Positions 8,094-15,461 of a stretch of DNA of 19,222 nt are shown here, one piece after another (the first letter of the stretch is position 1; each line of letters opens with the position of its first letter). Under the pieces are notes generated by a model. That model worked only from the letters and a program-made list of their open reading frames with translations. It did no database searches and was not told the DNA's origin. The position numbers and the translations under genes were made by a program. Source of the stretch: Clostridia bacterium (GTDB lineage: Bacteria > Bacillota > Clostridia > TANB77 > CAG-508); the NCBI GenBank assembly GCA_022796725.1, contig JAAWJE010000067.1, forward strand, positions 1 to 19,222. Reading direction: 5' to 3'.

Positions 8094-10340
8094 ATGAAAA
8101 AAGTTAATAAAATTTTAAAAAAGAGAAATAAAAAACATGCAAATAGCCAAAATATAGATTTATTTATCAAATCTATATTTTTAAAAAGGTCTATTTTTCT
8201 TTTAGTTATGCTTTTATTAGTTTTAGTAGCTTTAGTTGTTAGGCTTGGATATATTCAATTTGTACAGGGAAATAAATTAAGTACAGAAGCATATAAACAA
8301 CAAACTAAAAGTTTAGTTATTAGTCCTAAAAGAGGAATAATTTATGATGCAAATGGTAAAATTCTTGCTAGAAGTACTGCTGTTTCAACAATTAGTGTAA
8401 ATCCTAATAAAATATTTTATTCTAATGATACTGTAGTTTCAAATGAATTACTAGCTAAAAAATTCTCTGAATTATTTGATCTTAATTATGATGATGTTTT
8501 TAAAGACTTAACATCTAAATCATCAGTAGTTACCGTAGCTAAAAAAGTAAGTCTAGATAAATCAGATGAATTAAAAAAATGGTTGTTAGAAAATGATATA
8601 ACTTCAGGAATAAATATAGATGAAGATACAAAAAGGTCATATCCTTATAGTACTCTTGCATCCCATTTAATTGGTTTTTGTGGTTCCGATAATCAAGGTT
8701 TAGAAGGTTTGGAATCAGAATGGGATTCTACTTTAAGTGGGACTTCTGGTAGAATTGTTACCACTACTGATGTAAAGCATAATATAATTTCTGATGAAAA
8801 TGAGCAATATGTTCCAGCAGAAAATGGAAGTGATATATATTTAACTATTGATGTTAATGTTCAATCTACTGTTGAAAAATACTTAAAACAGGCAGTTGAA
8901 GAAAATAAAGCTGATTCTGGAATATGTATAATAATGAATCCTACAAACGGAGATATTTTATCAATGGCTAATTATCCAACATTTGACTTAAATACTCCAT
9001 TTACTCCAAATACTAAAGATTTAAAGAAAAAGTGGAATAAACTTTCAGCAGATGACCAAGCTAAAGAAATTTATGCTATGTGGAGAAACCCAGCTGTATC
9101 TAATGGCTACGAACCTGGTTCTACTTTTAAAATAGTAACTTCTGCAATAGCTTTAGAAGAAAACTTAGTTGGAACTGATTCAACTACTTTTACTTGTAAT
9201 AGAAAAATAAGGGTTGGTGAAAATGAAATAAGCTGTTGGGCAAAAGCTGCACATGGAACATTAACTCTTAGAAAAGCTCTTGAAAAATCTTGTAATCCTT
9301 CATTTGTTCAAATTGGTTTAAAAATTGGTACTAACAGATTCTATAAATATTTAGATTCATTTGGTCTTAGAGGAAATACAGGAGCTAGAGTAGCAGGAGA
9401 AGCGTCTGGATATTTCCATGATAAAAGTAAATGTACTTCTATAAATTTAGCAACTATGTCATTTGGTCAGAGATTTACTATCACACCTCTTCAGCTTATA
9501 ACAACAGTATCTAGCATAGTAAATGATGGAAAGTTAATGCAACCAAGAATTGTATATAAAACTGTAAACTCGGATACTAAAGTTACAACAAATTTAGAAC
9601 CTATTGAAATTAGACAAGTTATATCAGAAGAAACATCTGCAAAAGTAAGAAGTATGCTAGAATCAGTTGTTACTGATGGTACTGGAAGTTATGCTTCTAT
9701 AACTGGTTATACTATTGGTGGTAAAAGTGGGACTTCAGAACCACCTCGTGGAAAAGAATCAGAAGGATATGTAGCTTCCTTTATTTCTGTTGCTCCAATA
9801 GATACGCCTCAAGCTATATGTTTAGTTATTTTAAAACATCCTAGAGGTCATAGTCATCAAGGTGGTACAGTAGCTGCTCCTATTACATCACAAATAATGT
9901 CAGAAGTTTTACCTTATCTTGGAATTTCTTCATCTGCATCATCAAAAAATAAAAAAGACCTTATATCTTTAACTGATGTTACAGGTAAAAAATATTCGGA
10001 AGCAGTTAAAATATTAAAAAAGAATGGATTCACTGTTGTAAATCAAGCAAAAACTGATAATTATATTGTATCTTCTCAATATCCTAAGGCTGGAATTTCT
10101 TTAGAAGAAAATTCTATTATTTGTTTATATGATGAAAATACTAATACTAAAACAGTTGAAACACCAAATCTAAAAGGATTAAGTTTATATGAAGTTAAAA
10201 CTAAATTACACGAATTAAATTTAAATATTGAAATTGATGGGTCAGGTAAAGCAATTTCCCAAGATATTTCTCCTGGGACTAAAGTTGAAGAAGGTACTAT
10301 AATCTCTGTATCTTTCAGAAGTTCTGGTGGAGGTCAATAA
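8094..10340 (+). CDS. class B penicillin-binding protein (SpoVD/PBP2B/FtsI-like transpeptidase) with two C-terminal PASTA domains
   Basis: N-terminal TM helix. Active-site motifs STFK (GSTFKIV), SCN (KSCNPSF) and KSG (GGKSGTSE). Two PASTA-like repeats follow residue ~625. ATG 8094 is preferred over the GTG at 8085. Confidence 0.92.
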   Translation: MKKVNKILKKRNKKHANSQNIDLFIKSIFLKRSIFLLVMLLLVLVALVVRLGYIQFVQGNKLSTEAYKQQTKSLVISPKRGIIYDANGKILARSTAVSTISVNPNKIFYSNDTVVSNELLAKKFSELFDLNYDDVFKDLTSKSSVVTVAKKVSLDKSDELKKWLLENDITSGINIDEDTKRSYPYSTLASHLIGFCGSDNQGLEGLESEWDSTLSGTSGRIVTTTDVKHNIISDENEQYVPAENGSDIYLTIDVNVQSTVEKYLKQAVEENKADSGICIIMNPTNGDILSMANYPTFDLNTPFTPNTKDLKKKWNKLSADDQAKEIYAMWRNPAVSNGYEPGSTFKIVTSAIALEENLVGTDSTTFTCNRKIRVGENEISCWAKAAHGTLTLRKALEKSCNPSFVQIGLKIGTNRFYKYLDSFGLRGNTGARVAGEASGYFHDKSKCTSINLATMSFGQRFTITPLQLITTVSSIVNDGKLMQPRIVYKTVNSDTKVTTNLEPIEIRQVISEETSAKVRSMLESVVTDGTGSYASITGYTIGGKSGTSEPPRGKESEGYVASFISVAPIDTPQAICLVILKHPRGHSHQGGTVAAPITSQIMSEVLPYLGISSSASSKNKKDLISLTDVTGKKYSEAVKILKKNGFTVVNQAKTDNYIVSSQYPKAGISLEENSIICLYDENTNTKTVETPNLKGLSLYEVKTKLHELNLNIEIDGSGKAISQDISPGTKVEEGTIISVSFRSSGGGQ

Positions 10341-10344
10341 GTAT

Positions 10345-10383
10345 AAAAAATAGATAGTATTTAATATATACTATCTATTTTTT
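10345..10383. terminator. bidirectional terminator between the convergent PBP and TSCPD/hslO genes
   Basis: AAAAAATAGATAGTAT-TTAATAT-ATACTATCTATTTTTT is a perfect inverted repeat with an A-run and a T-run. Confidence 0.85.
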
Positions 10384-10387
10384 ATAT

Positions 10388-10645
10388 TTATTTTTTCATT
10401 TCTTTTTTTATTTTTTCTAATCCTATTGCTAATTGATCTGGGCAAGAAGTACCTCTAGTTCTACAAGGAATCCCTTTTAATAATGAAATAACTTCATCAA
10501 TTTTTCTTCCTTGTACTAATTTTGTAATTCCAACTGTATTTCCTGGGCATCCTCCAACTATATCAACACTTATTAATATATCATCTTCCATTTCAACATT
10601 TATCTGAGTTGAACAAACACCTTCTGGTTTAAATGTATATTTCAT
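10388..10645 (-). CDS. small TSCPD-domain protein (TIGR03905-like, four conserved Cys)
   Basis: The pattern GVCS...GGCPGN..G...L..G......I..L.GI.C..RGTSCPDQLA is typical of the standalone TSCPD family. Start set at MKYTF, with GGAGG 5 nt upstream. It begins 14 nt after the hslO stop. Confidence 0.8.
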   Translation of the reverse strand: MKYTFKPEGVCSTQINVEMEDDILISVDIVGGCPGNTVGITKLVQGRKIDEVISLLKGIPCRTRGTSCPDQLAIGLEKIKKEMKK

Positions 10646-10659
10646 ATTTACCTCCATAT

Positions 10660-11539
10660 TTATTTTATAATATTTTTTATATATTCTTTATTAAAAATAT
10701 ATTTTTTATTACAAAATTGACATATTGTTTCTATTTTATCATCTTTTTTTATTATATCTTCAAGTTCTTTTTTTCCTAAAGAAATTAATCCTTTTTCAAA
10801 CTTTTCTTTACTACAATCACATTCATATACTGGAATGATATTTTCTTCTATTACCTGTAGTTGATCATCTCCTGTAACAATCTTTGCAATTTCTTCTAAT
10901 GACATTTCATCTGATAACATTTTACTAATAGATGGAATCTTAGAAATATTATTTTCTAATTTTTCAATTATTTCATCAGTAGCATCAGGCATTAAATTTA
11001 ATAAATATGCTCCAGATGACTTAACTCCATCTTTATTAACTAAAACCCCAAGCGCAAGTATTGTTGGCTTTTGTTCTGAATCTGCAAAATATTTTGTAAA
11101 ATCTTCTGCTATTTCTCCAGATACTATTGGGGTTATCCCAATATATGGTTCCTTCATTCCAATATCTTTTATAACATTTATGTACCCATTTTTTCCTACT
11201 GCTCCGCCTACATCTATTTTCCCATCATTATTTAATGGTAGTTCTACTAATGGGTTTTGAATATATCCTTTTACTTTAGGAAAACAATTTGATACTGCTA
11301 CAATTTTACCGTATTGGTCCATTTCCGTTTATTTGAATAGTAAGGCTTTCATCAAATCCTTTTAAATCTGCCCCCATTATACTAGTAATTGTAAGTACTC
11401 TTCCCATTACAGCTGTTGTAGTTGGAGTTAAGTCATGTATAGTTCTTGCCTTTTCTACTAAATATGTTGTATTTGCACATGTAATACTTACTTTTCCATT
11501 ATAAGCTAAATATTTTATTATTTTATCATTATTATCCAT
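10660..11539 (-). CDS. hslO: redox-regulated chaperone Hsp33, interrupted frame. A +1 shift at CGG (11311..11309) is needed; the ORF pieces are 11306..11539 and 10660..11322.
   Basis: N-terminus has the Hsp33 pattern (TTYLVEKAR, NGNGPI|GKIVAV spanning the break). C-terminal zinc centre CDCS...CQFC. Skipping one C gives 292 aa. Confidence 0.85.
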
Positions 11540-11615
11540 ATCATACCTCTTTACTGTTTTATAGTTTATTATTATAACATCATTTTTTTATTTTGTATAT
11601 TAGTTAACTTAAAAC

Positions 11616-11644
11616 TTGTATATCATTTTTCCAAATGATATAAT
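11616..11644 (+). promoter_or_regulatory. SigA-type promoter of the J-domain gene
   Basis: TTGTAT-17 nt-TATAAT with TGA (extended -10) directly upstream. AAGGAGA RBS and ATG at 11673 follow. Confidence 0.6.
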
Positions 11645-11672
11645 TTTTATATTCACACTAAAGGAGATATAT

Positions 11673-12350
11673 ATGAAGGATACTAATAATTATTATGAAA
11701 TATTAGAAGTTAATGAAAATGCTTCTATTGAAGTAATTGAAAAAGCATACAAAGTTCTTGCAAAAAAATATCATCCTGATATATATGAAGGTGATAAAAA
11801 AGAAGCAGAAACACTTATGAAAAAATTAAATGAAGCTTATGATATACTATCTAATGAGTCTAAAAGGAAAAATTATGATACTATTTTAGAAAAAAAGAAA
11901 CAATTAAAATTTTCTTCTAACAGTACTTCTTCATCGGCTCAAAATACTTCCGCTTCTCAAAGTCAAAATATTAATAACAATACAGTAAAATATAATAATG
12001 ACGATTTTGTAATTAATACTACTTATATGGATGAAAAACAAAAAAGAAAAATAGAAAAAAAATTACAAGAGAGATATGTCGAAGCTTATGATAACTATTT
12101 ACGTTCTAGAGGATACAAATTAAAATATAAATGGACTTTTAAACGAGTTTTTAATGTTATACTAATTATAGCATGTATTTTAATTACATTTACTATATTA
12201 TTTTTTATTCCTCCTATTCATGAATATTTACTAGAAATTTACAATAATAATATTATATTAAAAGTTTTAGTTGATATTGTTGTTTCCATTTTTTATACTT
12301 TTTTCTCTACAATAAAAACAATTTTTAAAAATATATTTAATATAAAATAA
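11673..12350 (+). CDS. J-domain (DnaJ N-terminal domain) membrane protein
   Basis: NYYEILEV...[12 protein letters not shown] domain with the HPD tripeptide, an S/N-rich linker, and C-terminal hydrophobic helices. The track ORF start (TTG 11616) falls inside the promoter, so I used ATG 11673. Confidence 0.85.
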   Translation: MKDTNNYYEILEVNENASIEVIEKAYKVLAKKYHPDIYEGDKKEAETLMKKLNEAYDILSNESKRKNYDTILEKKKQLKFSSNSTSSSAQNTSASQSQNINNNTVKYNNDDFVINTTYMDEKQKRKIEKKLQERYVEAYDNYLRSRGYKLKYKWTFKRVFNVILIIACILITFTILFFIPPIHEYLLEIYNNNIILKVLVDIVVSIFYTFFSTIKTIFKNIFNIK

Positions 12351-12387
12351 AGTACTAAGATAATATTACTTTAACTTAGTACTTTTT
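12349..12387. terminator. bidirectional terminator between the convergent J-domain gene and 12391..12777
   Basis: AGTACTAAG-(15 nt)-CTTAGTACT followed by TTTTT, with an A-rich upstream flank. Confidence 0.6.
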
Positions 12388-12390
12388 ATT

Positions 12391-12777
12391 CTATATTCCT
12401 TCTGTAAATATATTCTTTACTTTTAATTTTTCTGAAACTAATGTATAAAACATATTTTCTACATAAGTTTCTTTACCATCTTTATTTGTTACAACATATA
12501 CTTTTACTGTAACCTGATGATTTGGTAATTCATTTAATAGCTCCTGAACATCTTCTTTACTCATTGATAATTTATGTTTATTTAGTCCATTATTGTTTAA
12601 TATTACTTTTCCATTTTCATATATATAAACTACATTAGATTTTTGATCAACTGTATTTTCTATTCTCATTACATAATTACTTGGCACATATAGTTTTATA
12701 TAAGCAATAATTCCTAATATAATTAACAAAAATAATAATAAAGTTAATATCATTATTGATATTGTTCCCTTTTTCAT
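12391..12777 (-). CDS. hypothetical small membrane-anchored protein
   Basis: 128-aa ORF with an N-terminal TM helix (ISIMILTLLLFLLIILGIIAYI) and a GGGAG RBS. No family recognised. Confidence 0.6.
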   Translation of the reverse strand: MKKGTISIMILTLLLFLLIILGIIAYIKLYVPSNYVMRIENTVDQKSNVVYIYENGKVILNNNGLNKHKLSMSKEDVQELLNELPNHQVTVKVYVVTNKDGKETYVENMFYTLVSEKLKVKNIFTEGI

Positions 12778-12900
12778 CTATCTCAACTCCCTTATCTTGC
12801 GTTTCTATTATTATATTATATACAAAAAATAATATCAAATATTTATAGAGATTTTTTAACTTTTTTTACACTTTTTACATATATTATTTTAGGTGATTAT

Positions 12901-14025
12901 ATGGAAATTTTAAAAATTGGCTCAACTGGTACTCTTGTACAATATCTACAAAGTTTATTAAATACTTTAGGTTTTGGTAATCTTACTGTTGATGGAATTT
13001 TTGGTCAAAACACTAAAAATGCTGTTATAAATTTTCAACGAAATTTTTGGCTTTCTCCTGATGGAATAGTTGGAACTAATACTTGGAATAAACTTCTACA
13101 ATATTCATTTATTGTTCCTACTGATGTCCAGTATGGATATAATATTTTATCTATTAACTTAGATGGACTTAAAAATAAATATCCTTTTCTAGATATTGGG
13201 AGTATTGGATATTCAGCTCTTGGAAGAAGTATTCCTTACATACGTTTTGGTAGAGGTCAAAAGCAAGTCTTTTATAGTAGTTCTATACATGCAAATGAAT
13301 GGATTACATCTGTTTTGCTTATGAAGTACATAGAAAATCTATCTGCTGCTTACGAAAGTAATTCTACAATATTTGATTATAGAGCAAGATATCTTTATGA
13401 AAATACATCTGTATTTTTTGTACCAATGGTAAATCCAGATGGAGTGGATCTAGTTGTTGGTAATATACAAAAATATCTTCCTGATATTTATAATTATGCA
13501 AAAACTCTTTCTGAAAATTATCCTAATATTGAATTTCCAAATGGTTGGAAAGCAAATATTAATGGTATAGACTTAAACTTGCAATTTCCTGCACTATGGG
13601 AAACCGCAAAAGAAATAAAATTTTCTCAAGGATTTACTAAACCTGGACCTAGAGATTATGTAGGAACATCTCCATTATCTACTCCTGAAGCTATTGCTAT
13701 GTATAATTTTACATTATCTAAGAACTTTAGGCTTATATTAGCATATCACTCACAAGGTGAAGTTATATATTGGAAATTTTCTGACTTTCTACCAGAAGGC
13801 TCATACTATATTGGTCAGCAATTTTCAAATGTTAGTGGTTACTCATTAGATGTAACACCTACTAATTCAGCATACGCTGGATATAAAGACTGGTTTATAC
13901 AAAACTATAATAGACCTGGTTACACTATTGAAGTTGGTTCTGGAACAAATCCTTTACCTTTATCACAATTTTCTAAAATATATAATGATAATGTAGGTAT
14001 TCTTACTCTTGGAATGGTTTTATAA
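12901..14025 (+). CDS. M14-family gamma-D-glutamyl-(L)-meso-diaminopimelate peptidase with an N-terminal peptidoglycan-binding domain
   Basis: N-terminal PG_binding_1 pattern (G..V..LQ..L..LGF...DGIFG..T..AV..FQ). M14 zinc motif HANEW. YqgT/endopeptidase I-like core. AGGTGA RBS. Confidence 0.88.
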   Translation: MEILKIGSTGTLVQYLQSLLNTLGFGNLTVDGIFGQNTKNAVINFQRNFWLSPDGIVGTNTWNKLLQYSFIVPTDVQYGYNILSINLDGLKNKYPFLDIGSIGYSALGRSIPYIRFGRGQKQVFYSSSIHANEWITSVLLMKYIENLSAAYESNSTIFDYRARYLYENTSVFFVPMVNPDGVDLVVGNIQKYLPDIYNYAKTLSENYPNIEFPNGWKANINGIDLNLQFPALWETAKEIKFSQGFTKPGPRDYVGTSPLSTPEAIAMYNFTLSKNFRLILAYHSQGEVIYWKFSDFLPEGSYYIGQQFSNVSGYSLDVTPTNSAYAGYKDWFIQNYNRPGYTIEVGSGTNPLPLSQFSKIYNDNVGILTLGMVL

Positions 14026-14058
14026 AATACTTACATTCACTTGTAAGTATTTCTGTTT
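14026..14058 (+). terminator. terminator of the M14 peptidase gene
   Basis: AATACTTACA-TTCACT-TGTAAGTATT starts 1 nt after the stop and is followed by TTCTGTTT. Confidence 0.7.
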
Positions 14059-14095
14059 AAATTTATTTATTTTTAAAAATATATTTTTTACAAAT

Positions 14096-14126
14096 GCAAA
14101 AGGGGTTGTGATACTCCCCCTTTTGC
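14096..14126 (-). terminator. G/C-cored hairpin, probable terminator of the orphan gene (readable on both strands)
   Basis: GCAAAAGGGG-(11 nt)-CCCCTTTTGC lies about 60 nt downstream of the 14188 stop. A U-tract overlaps the descending arm. Confidence 0.6.
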
Positions 14127-14187
14127 GTTTAAACTACTGCTGCCTGTCCAGAGAATATACAACCCCATTCAAAACACAGAGAATATT

Positions 14188-14703
14188 TTATTTCTGTGTA
14201 TTGAAGGTAGTTTCTTCCCATTTTTTCATCAGCTCTTCATCTGTGAAAAAGATTGTAAGCTTGTACTCCTCATTCGTTAACTTTTTTTCTGTATATACAG
14301 CTGCTTTATAATTGAGCAATGTTTTTCTTATCTTCTCAATCTTCTCACGAATCTTCCTAGCATCTCCTTTGTTCCCTTTAATCCAGAGAACCTTACTTGA
14401 TATTACATCATAAAGATTTGCCCCTTTTACCAGAGTTCCCACTAAGCTGTTCCAAGTCTCCATGTTTAACTCATCTTCAAATGATACAACCATGAATACT
14501 GACCTGGCAGAGAGTTCCAGCTCATTCATGAGCTCACCTCTTAATTTATTAAGTGTGTCCTTTATGACTCCTTTAGCCGCCCCTAAAATTACCTGGATTT
14601 CAGCTTCAGTTCTCTCTTTCTCATTTTCATTTGGATCATCCACTTTCAGTGCAAATCTCCGTATTGCGCATTTGTCTTCGTTTAAATAACTCATTTTGAT
14701 CAT
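14188..14703 (-). CDS. orphan hypothetical protein (171 aa) with atypical codon usage
   Basis: Uninterrupted ORF. GGAGG lies 10 nt upstream of the ATG. It has its own consensus promoter and terminator. The translation is non-repetitive and charged, unlike the F/L/I-rich shadow ORFs. No family recognised. Confidence 0.7.
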   Translation of the reverse strand: MIKMSYLNEDKCAIRRFALKVDDPNENEKERTEAEIQVILGAAKGVIKDTLNKLRGELMNELELSARSVFMVVSFEDELNMETWNSLVGTLVKGANLYDVISSKVLWIKGNKGDARKIREKIEKIRKTLLNYKAAVYTEKKLTNEEYKLTIFFTDEELMKKWEETTFNTQK

Positions 14704-14750
14704 AATACTTCTACCTCCAATATAAGACTACATAATTAGTATCTAAATAC

Positions 14751-14779
14751 ATTATAACATATTTTCTATATTTTTTCAA
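14751..14779 (-). promoter_or_regulatory. SigA-type promoter of the orphan gene
   Basis: Minus strand reads TTGAAA-17 nt-TATAAT with TGT (extended -10), about 45 nt upstream of the ATG at 14703. Confidence 0.7.
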
Positions 14780-15070
14780 ATAAATCAATTTTTAATTTTA
14801 TATTTATTGTTATTTTATAAAATATTACTCTTGAAATATTTATTTACTATTTTTCATTTACTCTATTAATTTTCCTAATCTATATTTCCATAATCATCTA
14901 CTATTTTGTTATTACCTCCATAAATACTTTGCACTCTATCAATATTTTCTCCTTAATAATACTTCTACATATTCATATTGTTTTTCTATAATACAAAAAC
15001 AATTATTATACATATATAAATACATCACCTTATTCTTTATTTAAAAAATCACTTATATAAATTTCTACAT

Positions 15071-15098
15071 AAATAAAAAACTCCTGATCTCTCAGAAG
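15071..15098 (-). terminator. terminator of the tRNA gene
   Basis: Minus strand reads CTTCTGA-GAGA-TCAGGAG (7 bp including one G-U) then TTTTTTATTT, 3 nt after the tRNA CCA end. Confidence 0.75.
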
Positions 15099-15101
15099 TT
15101 T

Positions 15102-15178
15102 TGGTAGCGAGAAATGGATTCGAACCATCGACCTGCCGGGTATGAACCGGATGCTCTAGCCAACTGAGCTATCTCGCC
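15102..15178 (-). tRNA. tRNA with CAU anticodon, most likely elongator tRNA-Met (tRNA-Ile2/lysidine not excluded), with encoded CCA
   Basis: Hand-folded 77-nt cloverleaf: GGCGAGA/TCTCGCT acceptor stem (G1-U72), GCTC/GAGC D stem, CCGG-TTCATAC-CCGG anticodon arm, GATGG-TTCGAAT-CCATT T arm, ACCA tail. Confidence 0.9.
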
Positions 15179-15190
15179 ATAACATATAAT

Positions 15191-15219
15191 ATTATACTTA
15201 TATTATTTTATTTTGTCAA
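15191..15219 (-). promoter_or_regulatory. consensus SigA promoter of the tRNA gene
   Basis: Minus strand reads TTGACA-17 nt-TATAAT, both hexamers perfect, ending 12 nt before tRNA position 1. Confidence 0.8.
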
Positions 15220-15241
15220 CTATTTTTAAGGATTTAATCAT

Positions 15242-15272
15242 AAAAGGAAACTATATAATGTAGTTTCCTTTT
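15242..15272 (-). terminator. terminator of the dnaG-rpoD-sORF operon
   Basis: AAAAGGAAACTA-TATAATG-TAGTTTCCTTTT is a perfect 12-bp inverted repeat lying 12 nt after the sORF stop. Confidence 0.8.
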
Positions 15273-15284
15273 AATCATTATATC

Positions 15285-15455
15285 TTATTTATTTTCATTA
15301 TTATCTTTTTTCTCTTTTATTTTTGGAATTACAATATTATTTTTGTCTATTTTCTTTTTTTTATTCACCAAATCATTTATATGATTTTCAACTGGAGATA
15401 TATTTAAACCTTTTCCATCTCCTTGTACAATTTCAATTTCTTTCTTTTCTTTCAT
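15285..15455 (-). CDS. small ORF (56 aa) downstream of rpoD, below the ORF-track length cutoff
   Basis: My own translation is MKEKKEIEIVQGDGKGLNISPVENHINDLVNKKKKIDKNNIVIPKIKEKKDNNENK. The ATG lies 6 nt after the rpoD stop, GGGG of the rpoD end could serve as its RBS, and the operon terminator follows directly. Confidence 0.4.
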   Translation of the reverse strand: MKEKKEIEIVQGDGKGLNISPVENHINDLVNKKKKIDKNNIVIPKIKEKKDNNENK

Positions 15456-15461
15456 TACAAA

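Noticed and set aside
14009-14311. Plus-strand 100-aa ORF running from the end of the M14 gene across two terminator hairpins into the orphan gene
   Set aside because: It reads straight through two terminators. It has no RBS and a hydrophobic low-complexity translation.
14462-14689. Plus-strand 75-aa ORF inside the orphan gene
   Set aside because: S/F/L-rich antisense shadow. The promoter, RBS and terminator all support the minus-strand frame.
15102-15178. tRNA as a phage/ICE integration site (att) for the neighbouring orphan cassette, and the tRNA as an initiator tRNA
   Set aside because: There is no integrase or recombinase ORF in the window, and I found no second copy of the tRNA 3' end. 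It is not an initiator: it has no C1-A72 mismatch and no three consecutive G-C pairs at the base of the anticodon stem.
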